Counted from the stretch's first letter, positions 13,801-26,837 are shown. The stretch is DNA of 64,000 bases from Sphaerodactylus townsendi (GCF_021028975.2 NC_059426.1:37200001-37264000); one strand, 5' to 3'. Made by a program: numbers and translations. Notes: a model not told the origin generated them from the letters alone.

Positions 13801-14633
13801 TGCTGCTCCCTGGCCCTCAGTCTCAGTAGGAAGTTTGCTAACATTGGCTCTGCTCCCAGGAATGTCCTGGTCCATCCTTCCACACTGGCACTCGAGCAGA
13901 ACACCAGTGCAGTCCCATCACAGTTGGGAATTCCAAGTTCTGCAGAGGTGGAACTGTTCCCTCTGCGGTAAGTGCTCCAGGGATGGCAAATGCACCAGCA
14001 CAAGGCTGTGCTGCTCGCTAGAGTCCTTTTGCCCCTTCCCCTTTGAATGGGTCTGTTAGAGGTATTATGAGATGTTATATAAGGACCACTTTTTTAGGAA
14101 GTGACCAATTGTCCTTTTGACGTAGAAAATATCTGGGTTTTACTGCTTTGTTTTAAGAATGAGAAATAAAAAATGAGGGCAACATTCACTAATAAATGTA
14201 TAAACAAGGAAATAACTAATTAATTTATGTCAAAAAACTGAATTAATTGAAAAATTCTACACATTCAGTCTATTTTTCTTTAAGGATATTTGTGTAAATA
14301 AATCTGATATTTGATTTTACGAAAAGTAAAACATGTGCTTATGACTCTTAATAAGGACTAATTATAATGTTCTGCCGATATTTTGAAAACATTTTATATA
14401 ATATATAGGGACAGAATTGTAAAACAAATTAGTTTTCTTAGCGTGTGGATAAATTTTGAATTTTGTTTGTTGTAATTTCAAATATCTGTTTTGCTTACAC
14501 ACATATTTCTGAGAAACATTGTGGCTGAAAATAGGTGTATGTTGGGTTTCTTTTGAGTTCAAGAAATAACTGTTCTGCAGCCATATACTGCTGTCTTTCT
14601 CCTCGTTTGACTTTTTATAAATATTGTCTAGTG

Positions 14634-14770
14634 CAGTGGTGGCGAACCTTTGGCACTCCAGATGTTATGAGCTACAATTCCCATCAGACCCTGCCAATTG
14701 GCCATGCTGGCAGGGACTGATGGGAATTATAGTCCATAACATCTGGAGTGCCAAAGGTTCGCCACCACGG
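14634..14770. mobile_element. Palindromic hAT MITE (CAGTGGTGGCGAACCT ends)
   Basis: Same core as 5168; TSD gtctagtg/ctctagtg. Confidence 0.92.
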
Positions 14771-14799
14771 CTCTAGTGAATACTTTGACCACTACTTTA

Positions 14800-14999
14800 G
14801 TAGGGTTTCCACTTCTGGGTTGTGAAATTCCTGGCGATTTGGAGTTGGTAGAGTGTGAGGAGGGCACTCTGTGGGAATGTGATGCCGTAGTCGACTTACT
14901 GAAGCTGCCAGTTACTCCAAGGACACTGATCTATATAGTCAGAAGAGTAGATGTAATTCCAAGAAACTCTAGGCCCCACCTGAAGCTTGGCAAATCTAT
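14800..14999. mobile_element. Old Blackjack-like hAT MITE (TAGGGTTGCCA-type ends)
   Basis: tagggtttcca...tggcaaatcta; related to 32978-33200, 33280-33474 and 29582-30339. Confidence 0.6.
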
Positions 15000-17562
15000 T
15001 TAGGATATATTACAAATATATGAGAATCCTGGTGAAAGCCGTGTTCAATAACACATGACTAAAAGGGGGGGGGGGGGGGAGAAACAGTCAAGTGATAGCA
15101 AAACACAGATCTACCTGCCGGCATTCTATTTGCCTACTTGGAGTGAGCATTCTTGTGCCAGCTGGGTCTCCCATTACCCTCGTGTTGGAGCTGGAAGGAG
15201 AACAGTGGGGGAACAGATATGACATTTCATTACACATGAACATCAAATCCAGGAGAAAATTTGAATATGATGTCACCGCATTTCACATCCACCCCTTGCC
15301 CCCAAAACTCCAGCATCCATATCTACCAATGTAGCTGTCTTGAGAATTTCACATATTTAAAAAACTGAGTGTTTTCATGGCCAAGAGAAACCTAAATCCT
15401 CTCGTATTTCCAGCAGCTACCACACCCTGAGAAGATAACTACAGTTGCAACAAGAAAATGGCCACCTTCCTTCTGAACCCACTGTACAACTGCAGAGAAC
15501 CCAAACCCTTCATCATATAAAATCCTATCCTCTCTTTAATTGTCATGTTTATTAGTGCTTTCATCCATCTGAAACCTTCCATTACCTTTGAAGTCATGTT
15601 ATCCCAACTTAAACTTCAAAAACCTGACAGCTACTTTTAAACGACTTAGATTTTGTCATGGTAAAATTTATTACCAAGAGAATCTTAACTGCTAGCTGTT
15701 AACACTCCAGTTCCTGTTCATTAATGTTGGAGACCTTATAGTCAGCGTCTCTTTATAGAAACGCTAGAAATGAGAAGCAATTCTGAGAAAAATAATGGGA
15801 TATTTTTCTTCATTCTGCTTTGGTTGCCTGTACATTTTGCTGTTAATAGTTTTGAAACATTACTGGCTGTTTTGATTGGGAAATAGAAATGTGTAGAATC
15901 AAATGTATATTTTTGTAACAGGCGTATTAGCTAATAAACCCTTTTTATTCCATCTGTCCTGAGTACTGTGTCTTTGTAAAACAACGTGTCAGCTTTATTT
16001 AAGAACCATGCTGTAAAGCAATGTGCACTGTAATTTGTGACCAAAATAAGGATGTTGATATTCAAATTTTTAGCAATATGTTATTAGCAGTTGTAAACGT
16101 ATAATCTGGTGTCTGTTGTTTGTATTTTTTTTACTAAATATTAGAGCTCAAATAGGCCCAGAAAGCCACTTGATATTCAAGTTTAATTTACAGAAAATAC
16201 CAGAGGACTCAAGATAACTATTAGGATAACTCAGGATGGGCACTTCGTAGGAAGAAAGGCAATGTTTAAATGTTGACGTAAATAAAGTAAATGTTGCCCA
16301 TATCCCAACATTCAATTAATCTCACTTTTAAACTGTATAATTTACAGCCCAATCCTAAGCATGATTATTCAGAAATGGGTTTCACTGAAGTCAGTGTGAC
16401 TTCCTGTTAAGCTTTGCAAAAATTTGTTCATTGTTTTCGCAGGGATTTTACTTAAGATATATGGTGCAGTCTATTTGGCATTCTTTGCTGCATTCTGAGT
16501 TGGTCTGGCCATTTGCTTGCTGGGGGCAGGAGATCTCCCACTCCAGCACCTGTTGGCTGCTGGTACTCCAGCAGACAGTGGGTAGGGGAAAAAACGTTTT
16601 AGAGCCTTTGGGTGGTGGAGTTATGCCACTTCCAGGGAAAACACGGATATGATGTCACAGCACTCTAGGAATCACCAGAAACTCTAAGCTAAAACAATAC
16701 AATTTCTGGGGGGCATGATGTCCCTTCCAGATTTTCCTCAAGAGTGACATAATGCTGTGACCTAAAGGTGATTTTTCATTTTTTCCCTCCCCTCATCCAA
16801 AAGCATGCACCCCACAACCCTACAATCCCAGACTTCTGCCATTGCCAGTTGCTGGCTAGGGACCCTGTTCAAAGTAGTGATAACAGATGTCCTATTGGGA
16901 GTTACATTCTGTTTGCAGGCTTGCCCATAGGTTATGGTATGAAAATAGGCCACAAAAAGTGAATTACAATTGTCCTAACACTGTTACCAGGAATATGAGT
17001 TTGATGGTAAATGGCCTGATCCAATTGGGAGAGTAGAAACCTAGTGTGATCTCATTTCTGCATTCTTAAGGGTATAGCAATTTTATTTAGTCTTCTATAA
17101 ACCATTTCCCTCGCTTATATGGCTGTTATGCAGCCCTATTAGGCAGCCAGGGTTGGGGTTAAGGTTACTGGAAGCAGTACGCACAACATATATCACCATG
17201 TGTTTCATTATGTAAAAAGAGAAGGTGTTTGGTTCACTCTAACACAAACTCTGATTGCACACATCCTATTAATTTCAAGAAGAGCTGTGAACGCACAAGT
17301 ATGTTCAGGATTGTAGCCAAAAATGTCTATTTGGCAGTTAGGTTGCTTATATCAGTGCTTATACCTGAATCAGTGCTTATACCTGAGTACTGAATGACTT
17401 GGCCATGCTGGTGTATAGCAGATAGTATAGTATGCAGTCTCTGAAAAGGCCACAGCTTTTTGGCATGTTCTGTGTGCAGAGGGTTTCCAGCGCTGTCCCC
17501 AGAATCTCCAAATAAAAGTCTTTTGGGTAGTAGGGCTCAGAAAGAAACCTTCCTGGGACAAC

Positions 17563-17742
17563 TGTGTGTTATGTATATGCCGTAAAGTCTCACCCAACTT
17601 ATGGCAACCCCAGCAAGAGGCATTCAAGACAAGTTGGAAGCAGAGATTATTTGCCATTGCCTTCCTCTGCAGAGTCTTTCTTGATGGACTCCCAGCCTTG
17701 CTTAGCTTCCAAGATCTGACAAGATTGAGTGATATCATGCCA
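17563..17742 (-). mobile_element. 5S rRNA-headed SINE with Sauria/BovB-type tail
   Basis: Reverse complement has atcttgtcagatcttggaagctaagcaagg (5S-like) then gcaatggcaaa...gttgccataagt tail. Confidence 0.8.
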
Positions 17743-17904
17743 TGTTTCCTTCTGGACAACTGTAACCAGTTAGAACAAACATTGGATTTGATGGGCGAAT
17801 AGGCAGATTTTGAATGCCACAGTAATAATGATCTCACAACAGAGGTGTATTTGCTGGTTCCTTCTTTTAAAGTGTCCACTAAAGCAGTTTGTCCCAGACC
17901 TGAT

Positions 17905-18245
17905 TGGCCCCTAAGCCCCAGACTAGCTTGATCTTGTTAGATCAGGGGTCTTCAAACTATGGCCCTCCAGATGTTCATGGACTACAATTCCCATCAGCCC
18001 CTGCCAACATGGCCAAGTAGTAGGACTCATGGGAATTGTAGTCTATGAACATCTGGAGGGCCATAGTTTGAAGACCCCTGGTTAGATCTTAGAAGTTAAG
18101 CAGTATTGGCACTGCCTTGTATTTGGATGCAAGACCTCTAAGGAATACCAGGGTCGTGACAGAGGTGGCAAAACCACATCTGAATGTCTCCTGTCTTGAA
18201 AATCTATGGGATCACCATAAGTCAACTGTGTCTTGACAACAAAAA
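17905..18245 (+). mobile_element. 5S rRNA-headed SINE with Sauria/BovB-type tail, interrupted by hAT MITE
   Basis: gcttgatcttgttagat[MITE]cttagaagttaagcag...ttggatgcaagacc...caccataagtcaactg. Confidence 0.8.
17943..18080. mobile_element. Palindromic hAT MITE (CAGGGGTCTTCAAACT ends)
   Basis: Same core as 5168 with different TIRs; flanking duplication gttagat. Confidence 0.9.
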
Positions 18246-18667
18246 AAAATGTAGTTTGAAGTCTGAGTACTTGAAGGGACTGCCTCCGCCCACACTATCA
18301 TATAGTTTCAATGAGCTTTACATCTGGGCAATTTAAAATTATTGGTTTACATATCTGCCTGTTGCATAGGCAACATCTGGGGATTTAGTTGAAGCAATGG
18401 TGTGGAAAATATGTGTAAAATGGGCAGAGGATGGGAAGCAGTCACAGAAGTGGGTTTCAGATGAACAAGCCAATGAAAAGTCTCTCACAAAATGCTAGGT
18501 GAATATTAAGTTCATCATTTTTCAAGGACTGCGCTCAAGGTGGATAAAGTGACTATCTGTGTAGGGCTGGATCTACTCTTTTTTTTGAAGAGAGGCAAAA
18601 GTACAAAATAATGCCCCCCCCCCCGTATACATATTTTGAAGAGAGGCAAAAGTACAAAATAATGCCC

Positions 18668-18955
18668 NNNNNNNNNNNNNNNNNNNNNNNNNNNNNNNNN
18701 NNNNNNNNNNNNNNNNNNNNNNNNNNNNNNNNNNNNNNNNNNNNNNNNNNNNNNNNNNNNNNNNNNNNNNNNNNNNNNNNNNNNNNNNNNNNNNNNNNNN
18801 NNNNNNNNNNNNNNNNNNNNNNNNNNNNNNNNNNNNNNNNNNNNNNNNNNNNNNNNNNNNNNNNNNNNNNNNNNNNNNNNNNNNNNNNNNNNNNNNNNNN
18901 NNNNNNNNNNNNNNNNNNNNNNNNNNNNNNNNNNNNNNNNNNNNNNNNNNNNNNN
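18668..18955. other. Assembly gap (288 N)
   Basis: Run of N. Confidence 1.
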
Positions 18956-19177
18956 AAATGATAGAATAAATCATGTTGGACCTCTATGAACTATTAATGA
19001 ATAATTACTATTTTACATTATTTTACCTATCTATAATGTTTGAGTATTCCCTCACCTCCTCTGTACACATGAAAATCTAACCTGAGAAAGTTTTTTCAGC
19101 CTAGCCTTTTCCTGGACATTTTTTAAAATACAGCACACATAATTTCGACATGGGAAATACCAAATGTACCTCACACT

Positions 19178-19566
19178 CAGAGGTGGGATCCAGCAGGTTC
19201 TCACAGGTTCCCGAGAGTAGGTTACTAATTATTTGTGTGTGCCGAGAGGGGGTTACTAATTGGTGATTTTGCCACGTGATTTTTGCCTTAGTTACGCCCC
19301 TCCTCTCAGCAGTAGCGCGCAGAACTTGAAGCAGTCTAGCAGGAGGTGCCCCGGCGTGCGTGGCAGCCTGCACCTGCATGCATTCGTTTCTCGCCCAAGG
19401 ACCGGCGCAGTGGCTGCATCCTTGTCACAGCCCCGGCCAGGAATGCCCTGCCCCCGGAATGCCCGGCCACGCCCCCGTCGTGCCCCCCCCAGCCCCATTG
19501 GCGCTATGCCACAGTTTGAATCCCACCATGGGAACCTGTTACTAAAATTTTTGGATCCCACCACTG
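19178..19566 (+). mobile_element. Young non-autonomous hAT element (CAGWGGTGGGATCC ends)
   Basis: TIRs cagaggtgggatcca / tggatcccaccactg; perfect TSD CTCACACT; copies at 34993 and 62936. Confidence 0.95.
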
Positions 19567-20181
19567 CTCACACTCCTTTGTGTTGTATCTACCAGTATAA
19601 GACTATATAAGTAAACTGTATATAGGAATCTTGTTAGGTCAGCATTGGATACTATTCTTGATATTCTTTTATTCTAGTTAATTTTTAAACTTTACATGCA
19701 AACTGATTTTTGATCATTTTGATATCTTCTTACATCTGAAGTGGGAAGGTCAGGACTTTTTAAAAAGTGATTGTCAAGCCTCATTTGTATCTCTATACTG
19801 TAGGCAGAAATATTTTTTCCTCCCCCTCAACTAATCTTCCTCCATTCACCTTTTAAGTATTGTTTAACTCAGAGGATTTCTTCTGTGCTAGAACACTGCC
19901 TTCTCATCTGTCCATTTTTAGCATTTTCATTTCTCTGAGGCATTCAACCAACCATGGTCTTTGCAGTGGGAGACTTTCCTGCTTGCCTCCTGGTTAAGCC
20001 CCCTGATAACTAGGAAATTTTGGGCTTGAGAACTTTCAAGAAGCATTAGAGCAAAGTAAGGGCTTCAGTGGAAGGTGGAATCAGCAACAATTTTTGCACC
20101 CTCTTCTGTGAAAGGAAATACTGTTTCTTTTTTAGAGGATCTGTGAGTTGGATGCATGTCAATGTATGTGCATAGTTTTTG

Positions 20182-20360
20182 ATGGGTAGCCATGTTGGTC
20201 TGCAGTAGAAGAGCAAGATTCAAATCCAGTAGAGCCTCATAGGCAAACAAGATTTCCAGGGTACAAACATTTGAGACTTAAAGCTTCCTTTGTTAGATAT
20301 CTGATGAAGGAGCTTTGCCTCTCAACAATTTATACCTTGGAAATCTTGTTGGACTCTCAT
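20182..20360. mobile_element. Penelope-like (Neptune-type) inverted pseudo-LTR remnant
   Basis: Imperfect palindrome centred on agat|atct (20298/20299); right arm has CTGATGA and a degenerate hammerhead 3' half. Confidence 0.65.
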
Positions 20361-20410
20361 GGGTGTACATTTATCAACAACTTTTTCACTTTGTATAATT
20401 ATTAAGGATG

Positions 20411-20495
20411 CAATTAGTAACCCCCTCTCGGCACACACAAATAATTAGTAACCTACTCTCGGGAACCTGTGAGAACCTGCTGGATCCCACCGCTG
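20411..20495 (-). mobile_element. Isolated 5'-end fragment of the 19178 hAT family
   Basis: Reverse complement of the first ~85 bp of 19178-19566. Confidence 0.9.
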
Positions 20496-21304
20496 CCTCC
20501 ATCTCCTGCCACATACACTTAATGGCAGAAGAGGCATGGGTGTAATTTTACCAGTCACTCTCTTCCTTAGTGGTATATTTTCATATAATGGGTTCTATAT
20601 CCTGGCATCCTCACAGATAGGTGCAGCAGTGCTGAACAGAAGAGACCATATATCTGTAAATATTTCAGTATTTTATTCCAATTTGCTTCTCCCGGGTTCT
20701 TTACTATTGATGAACGTACATTTACATTACTTTAATGCTTCATTCTTCTTACTAGCATGGTTGTATTTGGGAAGATGTGACCTTCAGCAGAGAAGGAAGG
20801 AAAGAAATGGGGAGACCAAAATCATTCAGGACATGTGGGTTTAATACTCCGATGGGCAGTGGAGTGGATTTTCATTTCCTTTCAATGGGAATTGGTAAAG
20901 CAGTGTAAAGAGTAGTTCCTCCTAACAGGCTCAAAAAAAAAGAACAGCCAACCACTGAAAGAAATATTGCCAAGGTAATAAGTTTGCTGCCCACATTCCT
21001 CATGTTTTTCAATCCCACAAAGTGAGACGTCACCCTCTTTTTTCCTCTCAGTTATATTACAAACGTTTTAAAAAAGTTTAAATGATCTATGTAGAGGTTT
21101 TTTATGGGTTTTTTAGTGATAGTACTCACCAGTACTTAGGGCCAGCACATTTTTTAGGGTTCTTCCCAATCCTGAGCGGGAAATTGGTAGAAATTGTTAC
21201 AACCTTATCTACGAGTATTGGTGCTTTCATTTTTGTTGTCTTCTAAAGTACTGTGCTTATCTGATATTACGCTGGGAAAATTGAGAATTGTAATGGGTCT
21301 CAGA

Positions 21305-21808
21305 GACTGTTTCCGCATACGCTGGGGGTTGGGTCAGCGTTCATGACTTTTTTGCACGAACGGTCCCGATAACGAAAGGGAAGACGGCGCCGTGGAGCAC
21401 CGTCGTCTGATCGACCTACCTTCTCTGAGACCGTCCGGTGTGTCGCCGAGGCCAGGGGACACCCCCCTGGCCTTCGCAATCGCTCCGGAGTCGCAGGGCG
21501 GGGGGGGGGGCGTGTCCCCAGGCCTCGGCGACGTGCCAGACGGTCGCAGAGAAGGTAGGTCGATTGTGCAAAGGGGGGAAGGGATGGCGCCTTCCAGCCG
21601 CTGCCGTTTGCACGGCAGCAGCTGGAAGCCGCCGTTTTCCAAAAACCTCGGTCGGGGAGTGAGGTGGGAAAATGGCTGCTTCGCGCCGCTGGGGAGGAGC
21701 GAGGGCGGCGCGGCTGCAAAGCAGCTGTGCCCCCCATGTGAACAGCTCCCTGGGGACAGCGTTTTTGCGTCCCCAGGGGCGCTGTATTTGGCCTGTGCGG
21801 AAAGGGCC
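21305..21808 (+). mobile_element. PIF/Harbinger-like non-autonomous element, GC/CpG-rich with nested hairpins
   Basis: TIRs gactgtttccgcata / tgtgcggaaagggcc; 3-bp TSD AGA; long central inverted repeat. Confidence 0.8.
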
Positions 21809-22469
21809 AGAGCGTCTTGATCTCTTTCTTTTCTAGCAGACTACCTTTTTATTTTCTCCAGAGTTCTTTTGCCTTTTCTGTTGTTGTGGTAAAATTGCAA
21901 AGGACAATGTCTAAAATCAGTTTTCTTGTGGCTAGTCTCTAGAAATCTCGGTTCAGTTCTCTACTGAGCCATGAAACTTCTGGAGCAGTTTTGCACTGCT
22001 CATTTTTTTTACAGGATCATTGTGAGGATAATATGGTGGACAGGAGAACATGCATGTTGCTCTGAGCTTCTTAGAGGAAGGAAGGATTGTAATCAGATTA
22101 TTCATTGATGCTGGCAGTTGTCAGGCAAAACTTGCTTGTTTGGCATTCATATCAACATGCATTTTAATCTTCCTTTGAGAGCACACAACTTATGCAGATG
22201 CTGCCATACCAGAAAAACAAATTTTAAAATCAACTCAAAACTGCATGTATTGTTGTGATGTAAGGCAGGATAGCCACAGTGATTTTAAAAAGGTCCATTA
22301 CAGCTAACAATATGAACTCGTAAAACAGTTAACAGCTAACAGTAGCTCTCAGTCTTAACTCTCTCAGGTCTCAATTCCAACTGCTATTCCCAGGTCTCTT
22401 AACTCCGCCCATTGACTCAAATTCTTAAAGGAATGTCATCACACGTATTGCATATGCACGTTTTTAGCC

Positions 22470-23085
22470 TTCATTTATTTGACACTCCACCTTTCTCCCT
22501 GCTGGATACCCAAAGTGTTTTATAATGGTTCTCCGCACCCAATGGCGTAGCTAGGGAAAATAGAGCATGGGGAAGACTCTAAGTTTTCGGGGGGGGGGGC
22601 CATAAGCCCCGGCGCCACCCCTCTGCGCCCCGCCCCCCTTGTGCTTCCCTGTGCTGCACTTACCTTAGCCAGTGGCGGGGCCTGGTAGGGCAGGGGTGTG
22701 TGCAGCAGCCTCCACTGGCCCTAGTGGGGCCAGGCAGGGACGCCCGGCAGTGGCCTGCGCCGGGCCTGGCCAGGTGAGGCTGGCCTAGCAGCGGCCTCTG
22801 CTGGGCCTGGTGGGGCGGGGTGAAAGGGGAAGGAAGGGGTGTGGGGGGCAATTTTCTGCCCCCACGTGAAATAAACAGCAGCCGCCCAGGGTGCCAGTCC
22901 CCACCCCACCCCATGGTAGCTAAGCTTATGTCAGCACCTCCATTTTACCCTCACAACAACCCAGTGAGGTAGATTAGGCTGAGAGTGTGTGACTTGGCCC
23001 AAGGTCACCCAGCAAGTTTCCAGGGCAGAATGGAAATTCAAACCTGGTTCTCTCAGATCCTTGTCCAACTTTCTAGCTGCTGCAT
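22470..23085 (-). mobile_element. Older Squam3/MIR-like SINE interrupted by a hAT element
   Basis: cctcacaacaacccagtgaggtag...cccaaggtcacccagc...attcaaacctggttctc; tail lies left of the insertion. Confidence 0.75.
22540..22930. mobile_element. hAT Tip100-like non-autonomous element
   Basis: TIRs caatggcgtagcta / tagctaagcttatg; TSD tccgcacc/tcagcacc. Confidence 0.75.
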
Positions 23086-23791
23086 CAGTCTGTCTCTCCT
23101 GCTGCATGTCAAATCTCTGAGTTAAGATATCTCTCCAACAAATCTCTCCTTTTTTGGGAATTTGCTGTCCACTGTTCATATTCCTATTATTCCTTCTACT
23201 ATTAAAGCAAGGCTCATTAAGTCTCTCCAAAGGAAAAGACAAATGAATTTGAGCAAGTCTTAACTAGTAGTCCAGGAAACCCTTTGCCTTGCAGTTAAAC
23301 TTGAAATGCCCATAAAATTTCACAGTATCCTTTTTTAATGGGAAGAGCTAAAATGTGGCTTTCTGGTTCTCATTTCCCCAACAGACAGTGAAAGAGAACA
23401 CACACAGATCCCTTTCTTTTATAAAGAACTAATATCACAGCATTTGTTTGAGTGGTGTGAGGAAAAATTTGGTCTTGTGTATATGGGAAGCATGCTCTTG
23501 GACACTTCTTGGGGCAAAAGGCTGCAAAAACTTAAAGGCAGTTTTATTTCAGTTTAAAATCAGAGGTTAAAATAAGCACAGAAATGCTTCACTGTCAAAC
23601 ACCTTGTTTGGTAACCTTATTTGAGTAGCAGTATGAAACATGAAAGACATGGTAATCCAAATGGTAATCTTACTTTGGAGGTGCATTGCAATTATATTGC
23701 TCATCAACAGTTTGGACTGGGCTGAGTTTGACTTTATCAGCTGTGTTTTGTAATTATTCTATGAAAGAGACCCTAAAGAGATATGCAGTGC

Positions 23792-24810
23792 CAAGGACAT
23801 AGGTAAGGGGGGGGGGGTGTTTCTCGGGTTTAAACCCCCCAATTACACGTCCAAAGCTCTGCCCCCCGTTTGTGTTTTTTTCGTATATTTAAAGTGTTTT
23901 TTGGTTTTTGGCCTGCAGGGGGTACAGTTTTTAGGCTAGCAGCACCAAAATTTCAGGGGTTTGTTGGGAGACTTTCGTGATGATACCACCCAGGTTTGGT
24001 GAGGTTTGGGTCAGGGGGTCCAAAGTTAGGGACTCCCAAAGGGGGTGCCCCCATCCCCCATTGTTTCCAATAGGAGCTAATAGAAGATGGAAGCTATACC
24101 TTTGAGGGTCTATAACTTTGGCCCCCATCAACCAAACTTCACCAAACCTGGGTGGTATCATCAGGAGAGTCTCCTAAAGATACCCTGAAAGTTTCATGCT
24201 GCTAGCTTAACAATTGCACCCCAGACAGTGGGCATCCCCAAAATTTCCCCAGATTCTCCTTTTAAATACACCCCCTTCAGCATGGATTGAAAAGGAGAAT
24301 CTGAGGTCCCCAGTTTAAACATTTAAAGTGATGCTGTTTCAGGGTGGGGGATAATCCACCCCAAAATAGCATCACTTTCAATGTTGTTTTCATTGGGGAC
24401 CCCAGATTCTCCCTTTAAGGTGGATTTAAAAGAAAAAATCTGGGCTCCCTAGTTTAAACCCATTGAAAGTGATGCTGTTTGGGGGTGGATTCCAGCATCA
24501 CAGCGGCCACCCATGGGGGCGCAGGGGAGGTGGGGCTAGTCAGATTTTGCAACAGGATCCATTTTCCCTAGCTACGCCTCTGCCTGGAGGGGAGGGCAGA
24601 AGGGACTGCTGTCTGCCGTCTGGAAGCCCAGTAGGTGGGGGGGGCGGGAAGGCCAGGGGGGTCTGCCATCCCTGGCCTCGGAAAGCTGCTTTTATAAGCA
24701 CTGAGGCTGGGGGCGGGGCTTGGGGAAGCATGGCCATGCCCCCAGGGGCAGGTGGGGCCATGGCCCTGCTCCTGAACCCCCCCCATAAAAATTCTATACC
24801 TACGGCACTG
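23792..24810. mobile_element. hAT Tip100-like composite element
   Basis: TIRs caaggacataggta / tacctacggcactg; perfect TSD TGCAGTGC; internal inverted repeats; embedded foreign terminus at about 24560-24581. Confidence 0.8.
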
Positions 24811-25418
24811 TGCAGTGCAATCCAAAGCTGAGTTAATGCCCTTCAAGTATGACTGTGTTTAAGATTGCACAAAAAACCTTCTCTTGCTTCAAGCATTGAT
24901 CCAATAGGTAATCCTGTGTTGAGTCAAAGAAGCTCTAGGCAGTCACTATCGATCTCCTGGAATGACAAGTGGTGTCCAGATGACATTGATCAGTTTTCCT
25001 AGAGAAAATGGCTGTTTTGGAAGGTAGACTGTATGACAATATATCCTGCTCAGGTCTCCTCCCTGCCCAAATGGTACCCTCCCCAGGCTCCACCCACAAA
25101 ACCTCCCAGTATTTCCCAGCCCAGAGATGGCAGATCTAATTCTGAACTTCCCTCTGGCTTGCTTGAGTTGGTGGAATGTGAATTCAGCAATGCAAAGAAA
25201 GCCTTTCAGGATTTGTAGATGATCTTGTGCTTGGCTGAAAGATCGTTGCTCTGTAACTATGAATCCTGATAAAAAATACTTAATTATGGTGTTAATCCTG
25301 TCATTGCTGACATCACTACTTTCCTCCCTCAGAACCACCTGAGGTCCTGATGGGGCAAGATTCATGACTCGGCTGGATCTGATAAAGTGCTGACGATGCT
25401 TTGCTCATGCCCAAGGCC

Positions 25419-25456
25419 CTTTTCTTTTCTTTTCTTTTCTTTTCTTTTCTTTTCTT
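25419..25456. repeat. (TTTTC)n microsatellite
   Basis: Direct read. Confidence 0.95.
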
Positions 25457-26062
25457 GTCAAGACGTCATTGGCTCTGATTTTCCATGATGGGGAGGAACA
25501 TTGTGAAAAGATCAGACAAGCAAACTAGCAACAACATTTGTTGATGTCCTTCCCCACCCCTGAAAAGACTATTGAGGTAGAAAGAAAATGATGTGACTCA
25601 GTTGCTTTGTTTGCCACACTGGGCATTTCTTCAGGTGATTGATTCCAGAGCTGCTGATGTATATTTTCATAGTATGGCACAATTCACTCATCTGTGGTAT
25701 CCACAGAGAATAGAATGGGCTCCCTTCTCAATACAGTCAGACCAATTTTGATTTAAGCGCTGGCAACTGACTTCTGTCTCTGTTCTTTGGTGTGCAGCAC
25801 AATAATTGGCCTTAAATATTTTTAATGTTGCCTCGTTCTCTTCGTTCATCTGTCTTGGCGGATCTCCATCTTGCACTCCAACCATGCCACTATAAAATTG
25901 GGACAACTCTGGTGGAATGCAGTGGTATAGATTGTCTCTATCCCATTTAAAGACATTCTATAGAAAGGTGTTTGATCTGATCGCCAAACAGTTTGGGGTA
26001 AGCTGCTCTCGCAAAACAGGATAGTGCTTTTTAGTCGCTGCCTTAATTGCTTTTAATGAATA

Positions 26063-26210
26063 NNNNNNNNNNNNNNNNNNNNNNNNNNNNNNNNNNNNNN
26101 NNNNNNNNNNNNNNNNNNNNNNNNNNNNNNNNNNNNNNNNNNNNNNNNNNNNNNNNNNNNNNNNNNNNNNNNNNNNNNNNNNNNNNNNNNNNNNNNNNNN
26201 NNNNNNNNNN
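26063..26210. other. Assembly gap (148 N)
   Basis: Run of N. Confidence 1.
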
Positions 26211-26837
26211 ATGCACTTTAAAAATTTTAAGTATTGTAAGACATCCTTGACTGGAGTTCGGATAGAAGTGGAAAAACTAAACAAAAACCAGAGATTTCAA
26301 ATGAAATCAAATAGTTGACGAAAACAGTTCCTTTAATCTTGCTCATGGTTAAGCATCTATAATCTATACTACAGGGAAGTGTCTTGCACATATTGCTTTC
26401 CAAGGCGAAAATGTTTTTCTTGTGTACAAAACAATAGTCCAGTGATTTGTGATTGTATTCCTGTGGGTCTATACTGTACATATAGAACCATATTGAAAGG
26501 GACTGTTTCCAGTCACATACTTAAAGAAATGAATAAGTGAAAAGTTGTCCATACTTTTAAACCTAGGAGGGTTGTTTTTTTTGCAAGCTGGCTAACCCAT
26601 TTACATTGAGCTCATTGCAGGAAGGATGTCCTCTTAGGTCTCAGTGGTAGAGAAGGGAAATTATAATGTCCCACCATTCTTTCTCTTCTAAGACCAAGCA
26701 CACACATGCAGGAGACTGAGGTGGAGAGACCTGAAGAGGTAAAATGGACTGTACTACAGGTGGGGAACCACATTTTGACAGGCTATCTGATACCAACACA
26801 GAAAGCAAATTGAGAGGGTGGAACCTTTCCTCCCCTG

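Noticed and set aside
18573-18974. Long ORFs across N-gaps (also near 26 kb and 45 kb) and the duplicated ~34-bp block beside this gap
   Set aside because: The ORFs are artefacts of N translation; the duplication may be a collapsed repeat at a contig end.
21300-21820. CpG-island promoter with several overlapping ORFs
   Set aside because: GC richness and ORFs are confined within TIR/TSD-bounded transposon sequence.
25219-25262. SECIS element
   Set aside because: AUGA-to-AA spacing is too long and there is no selenoprotein context.
25688-25957. Minus-strand ~90-codon open frame as a terminal exon
   Set aside because: No recognisable homology or supporting neighbouring exons.
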